This document shows, piece after piece, positions 12,835-26,779 of a stretch of DNA of 64,000 nt. Under the pieces are notes generated by a model. It saw only the letters and a list, made by a program, of their open reading frames with translations, made no database searches and was not told the DNA's origin. Source of the stretch: Vicugna vicugna (Eukaryota); NCBI GenBank assembly GCA_013265495.1, contig MU061538.1, positions 1,180,001 to 1,244,000 on the forward strand, given 5' to 3'. Numbering within the stretch: the stretch's first letter is position 1; each line of letters opens with the position of its first letter. The position numbers were made by a program, and so were the translations under genes.

Positions 12835-13250
12835 TGTTCAAAACCAAAATTTAGCCAAGTAAATTTGAGGATCCGACTGGCTTTGTTAGGTGACTTATGA
12901 TTCGAGCAGCATCTCACCTGGCGACTAGAAGGGAGCTCCCGAGGGTTGTGCAAGGCAGAAGGTTTCTACAGGAAGAAGGGTAGGCCAAGGGAGTTCTTCG
13001 CCAGAGAAGAGAATGGGTTATTTTTAGGCCAAGACACGATTTCGGGGGGAAGGGAACAGCAGGGGATTTATCATGTGAGTGCCCTCTTCTTCCCCGGGGG
13101 ACGCGGAGAGGGTCTGCGGGGCAGGTTGCCCTCGGTGCCGCGCAGGGGTGCCACAGAGGTCGATCGGATTAGCCTCTGGTGGCGTGGGTGCGAGGCCATG
13201 GGCTCGAGCAAGGTGATGCCATTTGGGGCCTGTCTGTTTTTTCTTTAACG
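12835..13250. mobile_element. Probable ERV1-class solo LTR
   Basis: Starts tgttcaaaaccaaaatttagccaagtaaattt and ends ttttctttaac(g), like the tgttaaa...tttaaca termini of ERV1/MER4-group LTRs. Confidence 0.5.
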
Positions 13251-14789
13251 TTAAGTGTATTCACGGGTGGATCGCCGTGGAATCCTGGAACGTTTTCATC
13301 CCCTCAAACCTCACTACCTCTAGGGCTTCACTTTTGTAACCAGCCATCCCTCTCTCTGGAGTCACGCTGACGGAGGGACGAGGCAGTGGCTGTGTGGAGA
13401 CTCACTTCCCACACAACAGCTGGTCTCCTCCTCGCTGAGCAGCCCAGCTCCAGTTCCCCTCAGGGTGCCAGTGTCCCCGGCTCCCAGCGGGTAGCGTGGC
13501 CCGTGCGGCCGAGGTCCGACGTTTGTGTGGGACCTGCAGAGGAGCAAGTCTGCCAGGAGAGGCACCATCCCCTCCTCCTGACTGGACCGTGGACGTGACC
13601 GCTGTTTGGGATCAGAGCCGCTTCAGACCACAAGCTCACCTCAAGGACAGTCGGAGGGCCTGGGTGCCCGGCCTGTCGTGCTCAGGCCACCGGTCAGGTC
13701 AGACACAAGCACCTGAGTGCAGCTCCAGCCCGTCCTGGGCAGCCGCGCGGTTTCCCCAGGTGCCTTGCCGGCAGTGGCAATTTGTATTTTAAACAACAGG
13801 TGTGATTTCAGTGCCTTGTTCATAAACTGCATGTCCATAAAAATCATGCCTCTTTCTAAGCTCTGTATCCTGGACCTCTGATGAGTGTGTCTCAAGCTGT
13901 TTGGGAGAGTATTGTCCTCTTTCATATTCCCAACGCTAATCTCGTGTGTGGAATCAAGAATGCTTCATGTGCTCTTGATTTCATGGACCTTTTGTCAGTG
14001 GCTCCTCTCAGGGAAGCTTCCGTATAGTGTGGTGACATCACCACGTAACACAGCTCACAGTTTGGAAGATGCGTTCTTTTAGACATTAGCTACTTGTTGG
14101 CAAACAAAATTCTTGTCCACAAAACACCCCAGAGACAGTTGACCAAATCTGTAGATGAGTTAACACAGTGTATCAGCGCTAGTTTCTGGTTTAGATAATT
14201 TTACAATGGCATGTTCCCATGGGGGAGACCAGGTGAAGGGTGAATGAGAATTCTGTTGTGATGGCTTTTTTGTACATCTAAATTATTTCTAGATTTCAGA
14301 AACATCATGTAACAAGGAATTACACCATAAAATTCTACTTGTTTGAGAAACATGTAACTAGTAATTTTAACCCGCCTGCAAGGTGCCTCCAGGGTGGTGG
14401 CTGTGCAGCTGAGGGGAGTGGACGGAGGAGGCCTGTGCTCTGAGTATGACTGTCCATGGTCCCCGCTTGCCCACCTCAGCCCCGTAGCCATGGGTCAGCC
14501 AGGCCGAACCTGAACAGAGATGGTCATAAATGCACTCTGTCCTCGACAAACTGGAGGTCTTTCCATAAGCAGGCCAGAGAACCTCATTGTTTTTCAGCAG
14601 AACTACTGGAGAATCTGTCAGTGTAACCTTGGGTCTTAGATCACTCTCTGGGCAGAGACAGGTTCTGGCCTAGCCTCATGAGTGTTATTTCTGGTCATGG
14701 GGCCTTGTAGACAACTTCATCCTATAGCACTATCATGGGGACCCGGGGGAAAGGTTTTAGAAATTCTTACACCATTTTAGGTAAGTTAG

Positions 14790-16148
14790 GTGTGTGTTCC
14801 CCTCCCCGCAGAAAGCACGAGGTCCGCATCTGACGTCCCAGCGCCGTGCAGTTAACTGCGGTCCCTGCTGTGCGTCGCATCCCGGGACAGACAGACTCTG
14901 TCACTGGAAGCCTGTACCTTCTGACCCGCTTCGCTCATTTTGCCCACCACCCTGCCCCCCGCCACCAATTTGTTCCCTGTATCTATGAGTTCATGTTTTG
15001 TTTTTCAGATTCCACATGTGAGTGAGATCATATGGTATTTGTCTTTCTCTGAATTATTTCACTTACCATGATAGCTTTAAGTTCTATCCATTCACGTCAC
15101 AAATGGCAAGATTTCCTTTTCTGTGGTGGAATAACACTCCGTTGTGTACACACACACACACACACCCCCACACATGTTCTGTATCCGTTCCTCCATCCAT
15201 GGGCCCTCAAGGCTGTCTCCCGACGTGGTTATTGTGAGTAACGCGGCAGCGGACACGCGGCTGCAGGTGTCTCTTTGAGATCCTGAGTTCATTTCCTTTG
15301 GACACACACCCAGAAGTGGGATGACTACATATCACTTGGCAGTTGTGTTTTTAATTTTTGAGGAGCCTCCGTACTGTTCCCCGTAGTCGCTGCACCAGTT
15401 TGCATTCCCACCAGCAGTGCTCAGGTGCTCGCTCTTCCCCACACCCTCAGCAACGCTGGCTACTTCTTACCTCTTCGGCAGTAGCTGTTCTCACAGGTAT
15501 GAGGTGGTGTCTCACTGTGGTTCTGATTTGCATTTTGCGTTGGGTGATGCTTCATGTGTCTGTTGGCCTCTGTATGTCTTCTCTGGAAGAATGTTCAGAT
15601 CTTCTGCCCAGTTTTGATCAGATTATCTGGGTTTGCTGTTGAGTTGCATGACTTCTTTGTGTAGTTTAGATGCTGACCCGTTACCAGGTACATGCTTTGC
15701 AAGTATGTTCTCCCATCCCATAGGTTTTTAAATTTTGTTGATTTTTGCTGTAGAAGCTTTTTGATGTAGTTTCACTTCTTTATTTTTGCTTTTATTGTAT
15801 TGCTTTTGGTGTCAAATCAAAAAATAGTAATAGTCACCAAGACTTGTATCAAGGAGCTTACCAGCTGTGGATTCCTCTAGAAGTTTTATGCTTTCAGGTC
15901 TGATGTTCACGTCTTTAAGTGCATTTTGAGTTGACTTGAGTGTGGTGTGAGACAGGTCCAGCTTCACTCTTCTGCATGTGGGTGTCCAGTTTTCCCGTCA
16001 CCACTTACTGAAGAGCCTGTCCTTCCTTTGTTGTATATTCTTGGCTCCTTGGATGTAAATTAATCGATCACATATGCACGGGTTTGTTTCTGGGCTCTGT
16101 TCTGTTCCACTGATCTATTTGTTTTTATGCCAATACCATACTGTTGCC
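14790..16148 (-). mobile_element. LINE-1 3' fragment (3'UTR plus ORF2 C-terminus)
   Basis: ttttcagattccacatgtgagtgagatcatatggtatttgtc, ctgcaccagtttgcattcccaccagcagtg and tttttatgccaataccatactg are typical antisense L1 text. Confidence 0.9.
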
Positions 16149-19100
16149 AGTGTCAAAAGATTCAGTGTCTTTTGAGTGAGAGATACTCTCTTTAAAAATT
16201 AGTCTGGCAACATTGATCATTGGGACCAATAACCAGCTGCTTTCTTCGCTAACCCGTCACTTGCTCAGTGGCACGAGGCACGCGCCCGCGGGCTGCTTGC
16301 CGGAGGTGCGCGTTCTGGGGCTGCTGGAGCTCCCTTCGGAGAGAGTCAGGGTGGCCTTGTCTTCAGGTGTCCTTCGTAGGCGTTCAGCTTGCCCAGGATG
16401 GAGTTGACTGTTCCACACCCTGCGGTCCATCAAGGTGCATCAGTGTACGCGGACCGTGGTGTGAGCCCCTCAGCCCGCATGAGGAATGTTTTACAAAATC
16501 TGCCCCGTGAAGCTCACCACTGCGCCTTGGGTGCCAAAGGGGACACCGTTTCGTTCGTTACGTCTTACAGCAGCCTCTGTGGGAGAAGCCCGGTCTCAGC
16601 TGAGTAAGAGGAGTGGTGGTGTGTGAGTGGGAGTACGTACGATATCTGTGTGAACAGCGGGCTCCCGTGGGGTGTGGCCCGGACCCCCGTGGGCTCAGGA
16701 GCAGCCTGGGGAGCACGTGGCCTCGGCCGGAGCGCAGAGGCAGCCCTGGAGGGCCACGGCCAGCTGGCTCCCCACAGCCATTCTCCCGAAGGAAGATGGA
16801 AGCCATACTTCGCCCCCGGCCCCCAGTTCCCACTTCAGAAAAATAAAAGAGGAGGCACTTTTCACAAAACGAGAGAGAAGCCGGTTTCTTCCTGAACTCT
16901 TCTTAGCTCTTGGATGTGAGGAATTGCAGAACACGTGGTTTTCCCTTCTGGGTCCCTGCCAGCGAGCTGGGGGGTGTGTGGGCATCGGCGGCCTGTGGCT
17001 CAGCCCCCTCTGGCCCCCCCACGTCCCCACTTTTGTCTGTTTCCCTTCTTTGTTTCCACTGTAGTTTGTGCTGCCTTGGCTCGTCAGAGCTGTCCGGTCA
17101 CAGGTACCAGGAACCAAATCCACAAAGTTCAGGGAACATGTCTGGGTCCAACTCAGCCTGCAGCCGAGCCCGGCTGAGCCGACCGCAGAGCAGCCGGCCC
17201 CCGTCTGACGAGCAGGAAGTAAACTTGGCTGTTTGTAGGCATTGCTGGCGCATGTCCCCGAGCAGGTGAAGCAGAACTGGGATGTACTAATCAAAATGGT
17301 AATAGGCCAGACACCAAGCCCCCTGGGAAGGTAAAGTCACACTTGAAAGAACCTCCAGAGCCTTATGGATTGCGACGACGGACTTACCCATCGCAGGGCT
17401 CTCCTCCCTGGAGTAAGCCCCCACCAGACTCACACCTCTCGGGGCCGCCTCGCGCTCCGTGGCCAGTTTCCAGACCAGGCCCAAGGGGGCTGCTCTGTGA
17501 TCGTGCAGAGGTCTGCGCGGTGTCCGCGGTTGTCATCTTCAAACTGTCCAGAAAAGCAGTTGCTCCACTGGGGTCCTTTTTCTGCTGTTCTGTGGTCATA
17601 ACTTGGTCTCCCCAAGCTTTTGATGGGCATGCCATTCCAGAAGGCTTTTTTATACAAAAATCGCCTGATTTGCCGTTGACTCCCAGCTGTGTGAGGGTCC
17701 TCCCTGACACTCGTGGGCTCTTCACTGCCGCCATCCCGCAGGATGGCCACTCCCAGACCTCCACGCCCGCCGGTTTTCCGAGTGCCCGTCGCCTACAATT
17801 AACTGATGCCTGTGTCAGTAGATTATGTGGGTGCAGAAAGCAGAAGTGGACTCTGCCCACTTAGGCAGGAAGAGGGTTTACCGGAAGGATTTGTGATGGC
17901 TCAGATTTGTGGGAAAGCTTGAGAAGTGGGTTCAGTGCAGGCAGGACTGCTGGGGATCTGGGCAGCCCCCCCCAGTCACCGTGCCCGGGAACAGGACCTG
18001 GGACGTGGCCACACAAAGCAATAGTGGCCTCTTACTGTCACGGGGTGACCCGTGCTCCCCTGGGCTCTTCCCCCGGGTTCCACGGGTGGGGCACAGAATC
18101 AGACTGCCTCTCAGGGCGTGGGGAGAGGTGTCTGCCAGGGGGCCCTTCTGGCCGGTAGGTGAGGTCTGTGATCCAGCTCCCGGCTGCATCTCCCAGCAGG
18201 AGTGTTTCCTCAGTGTTCAGATCATTCTCCAAGCTGGTCTACAAATTGTGTGACGGGGAACTCCATCCCGACATGTGTGGACTTACTCATTTAAGTGACA
18301 TACGTATGTATGTAGCTGTTTATTAATAAAACATACCAGACTGGTGTTTTAAAAGGATGAGAGAAAAATAAATAGGAACATACACTTAAGTACGTCTTCC
18401 CGCAGGACAGGGGATTGTTCTGTGCCCATGACAAGTGTGCCCACAAACGTCTCTGCCCGCTCCTCCCAGGGGCCACTGGGAGCAGCCCCTCGGCCCTCCA
18501 CCCACAGCTCACGGGCCTCTGTTCGCCGCCGAGATCCGGGGTCTCGTGGTTCCGGCAGCGAGGGCAGCGGCACTGCGCTTGGCTGCTGGGAACGAGCGGG
18601 CTCGCAGGAAGGTTCCGTGGGTTTCTTCATGTGTGAGCTAAATGTTACGTGTGGCTTTGAGTCATTAATACGTGGTTTACAGTTTTCTGATGTTAAAACC
18701 ACTGAACATTTTATTTTTACATTTTGGGTTTTATGTTTTCAGAGTGCTAACAGTAACCTGCCCCATAGAAGTAAAACCGTTAGTTACTGCAAAACAGTGT
18801 TAGGGGCAGCAGAAGGCCTCAAGCACTTGCTTTAAAGAAGCGTCACAGTGACCAGCTGTGGTCAGAGGGCTGAGCGCACGGGGCCGGGCAGACGCCCGGG
18901 CCAGTCAGAGCTGCTGTGAAGCGGCCAGGTCGCCAGGTTACTGGGCAGGAAAAGGGCCCATTTACTGTTTATGAGCAACCCCAACTGGCCCGCTGGACTC
19001 AGAGCAAGTCAGTGAATCACAGAACCTCTGAAACTGGAGTTTTTAATCCACTCCTCACTTATTTCAACTGATTAAACTCACGAATTTGAAGTTTACGGTT

Positions 19101-19150
19101 GATAAACGAAAGATGGAAATGTTAGGTTTCCTGAGTAGAACTACCAAGAG

Positions 19151-19156
19151 TTTATT
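19151..19156 (-). terminator. RNF32 polyadenylation signal (AATAAA on - strand)
   Basis: tttatt at 19151-19156, ~105 nt past the RNF32 stop codon. Confidence 0.7.
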
Positions 19157-19259
19157 TCACCGGAGAACAGAATGCACGCAGTGCTTACCTCCAGACTCCC
19201 AGCGCGTCCAAAATCAAGCTACCCCCCCCGAATTATACAGCCTTTCCCTGACTAGGAAT

Positions 19260-19814
<555 letters not shown>

Positions 19815-19981
19815 TTATAAGTTTTCCTATTTTTGTGATTTTCTAGGTGAGCCTTTCCTCTGCTGGGTTTTGAGGCGCCCTCTTTCACAGCGCCTACAGA
19901 AGCAAGAGGGGGCAGGCTGGGACCCGCAGGAAGACTCCGGGGGACCGTGGGGAGCGCCTGCCTTGGTGTTTTCACCGTTTA

Positions 19982-20314
<333 letters not shown>

Positions 20315-21065
20315 TCACTCACAGCGGCTGTGAGGACACTGCCCCCTGCCCAGCCCCCACCACACGCGCTCTAGACTCAGCGTGGCCGCTGCTCCAATTT
20401 GGAAATAGTTTCCGTGTGAGTCTCCCTCATCTCTATTGATTTCAGTCTCCAAAGTGAGAATCTTTAACTCTCCTGCATATGCCCTTCCGTCAAAATGCCA
20501 TCACTCCTTTTTAAAAAAGATGACGTCCTATAGTTACTGGTTTATTAGAAATCTAATGTCTTAAGCTTTTTAGGGTCTTTATTGAGCTAGCTGCCGCTTT
20601 TATTCATGTTTTGGTTGCACCGCGCAGGTTCCAGGGGACCTGCGCATCTCCCTGTAAGTCCTGCGCGGCTGTTCAGGAGCGCACACAGGGATGCCTGGGG
20701 AGGTGCGAGATACCGTGGTCCCCAGGGCTTCGGGATTCCAGAAGCCGGTGTCCTTAGATGGGCTCGTAAGGAAGAGCAGGCTCCTGGAGTCAGTTATGTT
20801 GTAAAGATCTGGATTATCAGAGCGGGTTCAAATCTAGACTCTCAGTGACGCTCCTGTGAGGGAACCTTGTGATAAAAGACCGCGCACGGCTGGGGCGCGG
20901 GGCCGAGCGGGTCCATTACAGGGATCGGGGGGAGGGCGGCATTCGGTCTTGTTTCCTCTCCCGTATCTTCCCAAAGTGCTGTATGATACACTTGGGAAAA
21001 AGCCCCTTTGCACCACTGTGTTTACAACTGTCTAAAGGGTAAGACTCAAGCAGCTGCTCCCGACC

Positions 21066-21368
21066 GGCCCTGTCCAGGAGAAATGTAACGTGAGCCACGC
21101 CTGCAACCATAAAACTTGTAGGAGCCACATTAAAAAGGAGTTTTTAAAGAAGTGAAATTAAATTTAATAGTGTATTTTATTTAATCCAGCATATCCCAGC
21201 TGGCACCACCTCAGAAGGTGTCAGCTGAGCTTCTGGCGACACCTTTCGTAGTCTTCCCTGTGTGGCCTTGAAGTCCGTGTGTGTCGTGCACGGCCGTGCT
21301 CAGACTGGCCTCCCTTCTCAGACTCGACAGCCCCAGGTGGCTTGTGGCTCCCGTCCTGGGCAGAGCAG
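21066..21368. mobile_element. MER33-like hAT-Charlie DNA transposon relic
   Basis: ctgtccaggagaaatgtaacgtgagccac...gagccacattaaaaagg...gtgaaattaaatttaatagtgtattttatttaatcc...gtggcttgtggctcccgtcctgggcagagcag matches the recalled MER33 layout, with degenerate terminal inverted repeats. Confidence 0.7.
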
Positions 21369-24099
21369 CCTGATGGCCCAGGGGACACACACAAGGAAGA
21401 GCCAGATCATCGGAGAGCGACATCGCGTCTGGGCTGTGGGGAGGTAGCTGACCTCGGGCTGCAGTGACAGCACCCGTGCTAAACCTCTGAAGACAGAGGT
21501 AAATGGCCAGGGAGCGTGTGAAGCCCTGAAGCGGGCGGCTGTCACCTGCTGGCTCTCTGGCTCGTCCTTCCCCAGCACACAGGGGTCTGGAGGAAGAAGC
21601 TTTTCCATGTAGGAATCCAGTTGTTTCCTGCGGAGTCTAATGACGCCTGCCAGGCAGCTGTGTGCTAACGTACCGGCTCCAGCTGTCAGTGGTTCGTTTT
21701 CCCTGGTCCTCAGTCTTTCAAATACCTGACAACCTCTAGATAAATTATTCAAAGTAGACAAGTTCCCTGTCCTTTGTAAAAGGAAGAAGTATTTGGAAAT
21801 GCATACAACTGCCTTCCAATTAATTTTTTTTATAATTCAGATTTCCTGTAATTGGGTTTCTTGAAGCGTGAGATGGTTTCCATATACACCTGACAGGAGA
21901 GATCCTTTCTTTCTTCTTCCAAACCTATTACCTCAGGGAAAAAGGGATCACAGACTATTCCAGACCTCACAGTGTTCCGGGCTGTGGGGTGTGTGTGCTC
22001 AGATCAGTTCTGTTCAGAAGTGCTGCCTGGAGAAGTCATGCGGGTGTGACGCCAGGACAACACTGTCAGGTGTGGCCCCCGGGCCAGGGCCGATCAGCGC
22101 CGCCTGGGAGCCCGGGGGCACCGCAGACTCTGGGTCAGGACCTGGAGGTGCGAGCAGCAGTCTGTGCTTTCCAACCCCCCAGGGGATTCTGCCGCTTGCT
22201 CAGTTGTGAGAAGTGCTATCAGAGAAGTTACCGGATTCATTTTTAAGAGCCAGAGTTATTTAACATGGCTTCAGTCTTTCTTCCTGTAGAAATAACCACG
22301 CAACTCCAAGTGCTGGGTGTCACTCAGGAGCCACCACATAAATGTGGAGGCCACAAGTACCGACATGATCTTACACAGGCGTTTATGTTCCGGGCCCCCG
22401 TGTGTGACGAGGCACATGCGTGTACTGCGTCCTGTACACGGGCCCAGGGTGACTGACAGAAAGCGCCTGTCCTGACGGTACGGGAGCTCTCACAGCTTGA
22501 GATGGAAGCAGAGCTGGTGCTAGGCTCAGCCGTGCACTGGACCCCCAGCTGGCCCTGGGGAGGACAGTCTTTGGCGCCACCGCCCCCGCCGTCAGCAGGG
22601 CGGCTGGCGCCACCTCGATGCACCTGCTGTCAGTCCGGGGCGGGAGGTGCTGCGCTTCATTCTGACCCGGCCCCCGGGGGTTCCCGCGGTTCTCCTGGTT
22701 ACTTCGCTCTGCCTACCACCCGCTCCGTGCACGGACCAGGCCGCACTGGGTAAATACTTGGAGAGACGGACTTGTCAGTTTTGCAGATACAGCGAGGACA
22801 CGTACCTGCACAGGGATTTGGATTTCCACGTCCCCTCTGCTGGCCTAGTGCACAGAGTCCCTTCCACACCTCCTCCCAATCACGCTGTCTTCCTCACTTG
22901 AAAAGCATTTGGTAAATGAGAAGAGCTCCCGTTCCCTGTATATGTAGTGGTGGCTGAAGACTTAACGTGCAGTTTGTTTAACCTAAGCTGAGTAACTTTG
23001 CCTTTAACTTGCTGTTTAGCTTCTGCGTGGTGAGTGCTAAGGACACACAGTCCCTGGAGGAGCAGGGCGCGGGCCGGCCGGGGGGGCACGTCTCCCCACG
23101 GGGACCACGGGGCTCCCAAGTCGGCGGGGAGGCAGGTGGGGCGGGAGCCGCCCGGCAGGCCAGCACACAGCGGCTCTCCGCGCTCCGACCCCGGGCCGCG
23201 CTCCCCCAGCCCGCGCCAGCCTCGCTCTCGCCACCTTCCCGGGAGGCACCCCGTCCAGCCACGCTCTCCCACTCAGTCCACGCGGGGCTGTCCTGTCTCT
23301 CCGTCCCCACGGCTTCACTGCACGGTGACTGCTGGGGACCCTGCGTGCGCCCGCACTTGGGCGGGAAGGGCATCCTCTCTGCAGCCCAGAGGGCACTCGT
23401 GGGCCCTTCACCTGACCCTCATCAGCGCCGGGCGCTGGCGTTGTTCTCCTGTGTGCACTCCTTATCTCCTCGAGTGGGTTCCTTCGATTCATCTTGGTAA
23501 GGCCCTTGGCATTCAGTAACAAATGCTGACTTTAAGTTTGCAGTGGATTATGTGTGCACAGACACATGAGTGCCCCAGGGTTCACTTTCTAAAGGAGTGT
23601 GGTGCCGTGTCCTTCCTGCGGGATAAAAAGAAAGGACAGTGTCTGTGTGGACTGATTCTGAAGAAATGTCCAGTGTCGATTCAGTAAGTCATCGGTGTTT
23701 GGCTCATGATCCGAACACTGACGTTCGCTTTTTGATGAACAAATGGAAAATCCTTCAGTGTACGTTTAGGGCAAACTTCTACAAGTGAGCGGGTGTGACT
23801 GTCTGTCTTCTTGTGTTCAAGTTTGGGGAAGCCAGCGGGGTAACGCTGTAAAAGGTTAAGTCAGCGTGTGTTCGCTGGCTGCCAACTGTGGCCAGGTCAG
23901 AGCAATGTCCTGGGTGTCGCTGTGAGTACATATGTCTTAAATGTCAGATTCTTGTGTGACCGGCGTCCTCTTGCTGTTTGCTGCCTCCCTGTTCCCTGGT
24001 CAGATGCCTTCAGGGACGAGCAGGCAGACACACAAAGACCTTCGCGTGCTGGTGTTCAGACTCCCGGTTAATGTTAATTCTACAGAAACTGACAAAATA

Positions 24100-26150
24100 C
24101 ATGGAAGTTTCAATTAAAAGTGAGTATCTTATATTTTTCCTTTTAAGTCTCATATGTTAGATATTTGATAAATTAATTAAGAGTTCAGGTTACTGATATG
24201 TAAAGCAATGGCTGGTCATTTACAAGTACATCCTGGCCAAACAGTAAGAAACACACACTAACAAAAGCGCCCAGGTGAACTCTGTCTGCCCGGGAGGCCT
24301 CCCCAAGCATCCATCTTGATGTCAGCAATTGCTCACTAATGTGTTGACTTACGGCCGCCCTCAAAAGCAAAGGGAAAAGTCTGGAATTTACAGCATATCA
24401 ATGGATCAGTTGATAAGCTTTTACTGGTTTAATATCCCCATGTCCTGCTGCTTGGAGCCACTTCAGGTTAGCAACAGAATGTTTGCCATCTCTGTGTGAT
24501 AAAGGAAGTCAAAGGACTAAACAAACTCTAAGACCATTACGCTGTTTGATGAGATGTAAGTGAAAAAAGTAAGAGAAACGTCCCGCAGGCGGTGTGGGAG
24601 CGGCAGCCCCTAAAGGCAACCACCATCTGACAAGTCCCTGCCTCACTTTTTAAACAATGGTCAGGACTTTCAGCTTGGGTGGAGATAGTATAATGCATCT
24701 GAAAACTTTTAATTGCAGCAATAAAAGGCCATACCTCAATTATATGACATATGCCAGCAGAATTTCTAGATAAGGATCAAAGGCATTCAAGGACCCGCCG
24801 CCGCATTCTGGGCGACTCTCGGGCTCTCTGTACACACTGCTGACACGCAGGAGCAGGGCAGCCCCAGTGACCTCGCCGGGCGGCTTTGATCTGGCCCCCG
24901 AGACTTGACGCAGGCGCGCCCAGCACTACTGTTGCATCCTCGACACCCCGGTGCCCTCCCTGACAAAGGCACTGCGGACTCAGGGTTACTTCCCTGACAC
25001 TTACTCCTGGGGACAAAACTCCGCATCTGCCCTGCTCAGTTCCCACCTCGGGCCTGCAATCCATTTAAAGAGCCTGCAGTGTAAGACAGTGTCCCTGTGC
25101 TCTGGTTCAGTCTTGTTAGTAATGTGCTGATGATGTTTTAAAAGCAAAGCAAATCTGCGGAGAGAGAGTCGCAGTGTCTGGAAGCATTACTGTTCATGGA
25201 AAGATGACCTCTGTGTTCTGTTTGTTAGTTAACACCTAAGAGATGCACAAACGCTGAGGCAGGACAGACTTCGTTCATCTCCCTGCAGCAGAAGAGTGAG
25301 GACGCAAGGCCACGGTTCTTTCACAAGTAAGATGGATTAATTCACAAAAATAGAACGGCCAGAGCTAATCTAATCTAGCACATTAAGGCATATCCATCTT
25401 GGTGAGCGCTTGAGACTTCGAAGGACACAAGCACATTCTCATTTATTGCGCCTGAAAATGTCCCCGTGGCCCCTCCTTGCCTTTCTTTTCTATTGATTGG
25501 GCTGCTGCTTCCCTGAAGGCAGCTAAACCAGCGGCCCCAGGCATGGCATCTGCCAGCAAAGGAAAACAGTGAACTCAATGGAGGGAAGTTCTTTAAAACT
25601 CCATGTTTCTGTTTGAAGAAATATCCTTTAGAGTGTGGTCAGGTACTTCCTACTTCTTTGGTGCTGAAACAGCCTTTCTTTTGAGATGATCCTGATGGTA
25701 CATGATGTTTGGCCTTAAAATAGAAAGTTTTTGAAAGCTGGTAACAACTTTGTTGGAGCCTCCAGTTCCTCTTTGACGATTCTGCCACGACGAAGTCTGG
25801 AAACAGGCTTCTGTGTGGGGTCGTGGAGAGGGCGGGGCACCTGCTGCAACTTCAGCCTTTGACGTTGGAATGTGTCACATGATTAATTTCTTCCAGTAAT
25901 TTGCAATTTCAATTTTTTAAACTAAACAAAATGAATTTGCATTCATTTAACTTTCGCCAGTGGTCAGAATGGAGACACAGCTTAGAAACATGGCTGGTGG
26001 TCACATGCCACCCCTCCAGGTTAAAGGACTGCTGTTCAGCAGATAGTCAAGAATTTACCATTTCTGATAGTGTAGTTACTGCAGTTTGCTTTGTAAACTT
26101 TCCAATTTCTAAAATTCAAACACTGGATCCCTAATAGCTCATTGATCTAA
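24100..26150. promoter_or_regulatory. Candidate conserved intronic enhancer region (positional candidate for the SHH enhancer MACS1)
   Basis: Block with no recognisable repeats in the large RNF32 intron, carrying FOX, GATA and homeobox motifs. MACS1 is known to lie in an Rnf32 intron. The exact location here is an inference. Confidence 0.5.
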
Positions 26151-26624
26151 AGTTTGTGCACATTTAGGTTGTGGGGAGGGTGACTGGGTGAAGACACGGG
26201 TGTCAAAAGGCAGAGCTGAAAGGCAGGCCTGGGCAGGAAACTGGGCGTTCCTGGAATGTCCCTCACAAGAGGACGTCTCCCGCCCAGAGGATTCGTGATA
26301 AACTCACTGTTCACTTTGGCTTTGGAATTTACCTTTGACTGGATGCTTTACCAGGAAACCTACAGACCCTGATTCTTTTGAAGCTGGACTTCAGATGTCT
26401 GGTTCTGAAAAACTGTAAAGATGAGTCTAATAGAAATTCAAGATTATAATTGTATTTAAAATATCTTAACCTCTGATTTCTAGATTTTTAAAGCCTCTTT
26501 ATCCTGACAAGCTTAAGTTATAGTATTTTATAGGTATGTAAAGGAAAACAATCTATTCAAACTTTTTTTTACTGAAACACACAGGTTTGTTTGTTTTTGT
26601 TTAATTTTATATTTATTTATTTCC

Positions 26625-26765
26625 CAGCTTTACTGAGATGTAATTGACATACAACACTGTTTAAGTTTAAGGTGTGCAATGTGATGATTTGATACATGAA
26701 TATGCTGTGAAATGTGCACCGCGGTAAGTTTAGCACATCCTTTATCTCAGATAATTACCTTTTTG
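26625..26765 (-). mobile_element. Short L1 3'-end fragment
   Basis: cagctttactgagatgtaattgacatacaacactgtttaagtttaaggtgtgcaatgtgatgatttgatac is a laurasiatherian L1 3' terminus read antisense, with a T-rich tail upstream. Confidence 0.75.
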
Positions 26766-26779
26766 TTGTTGCTTTTTTA

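Noticed and set aside
16200..19000. Dense overlapping 60-200 aa ORFs between the two genes
   Set aside because: GC-rich sequence with ORFs in all frames, no domain resemblance and no consistent splice structure.
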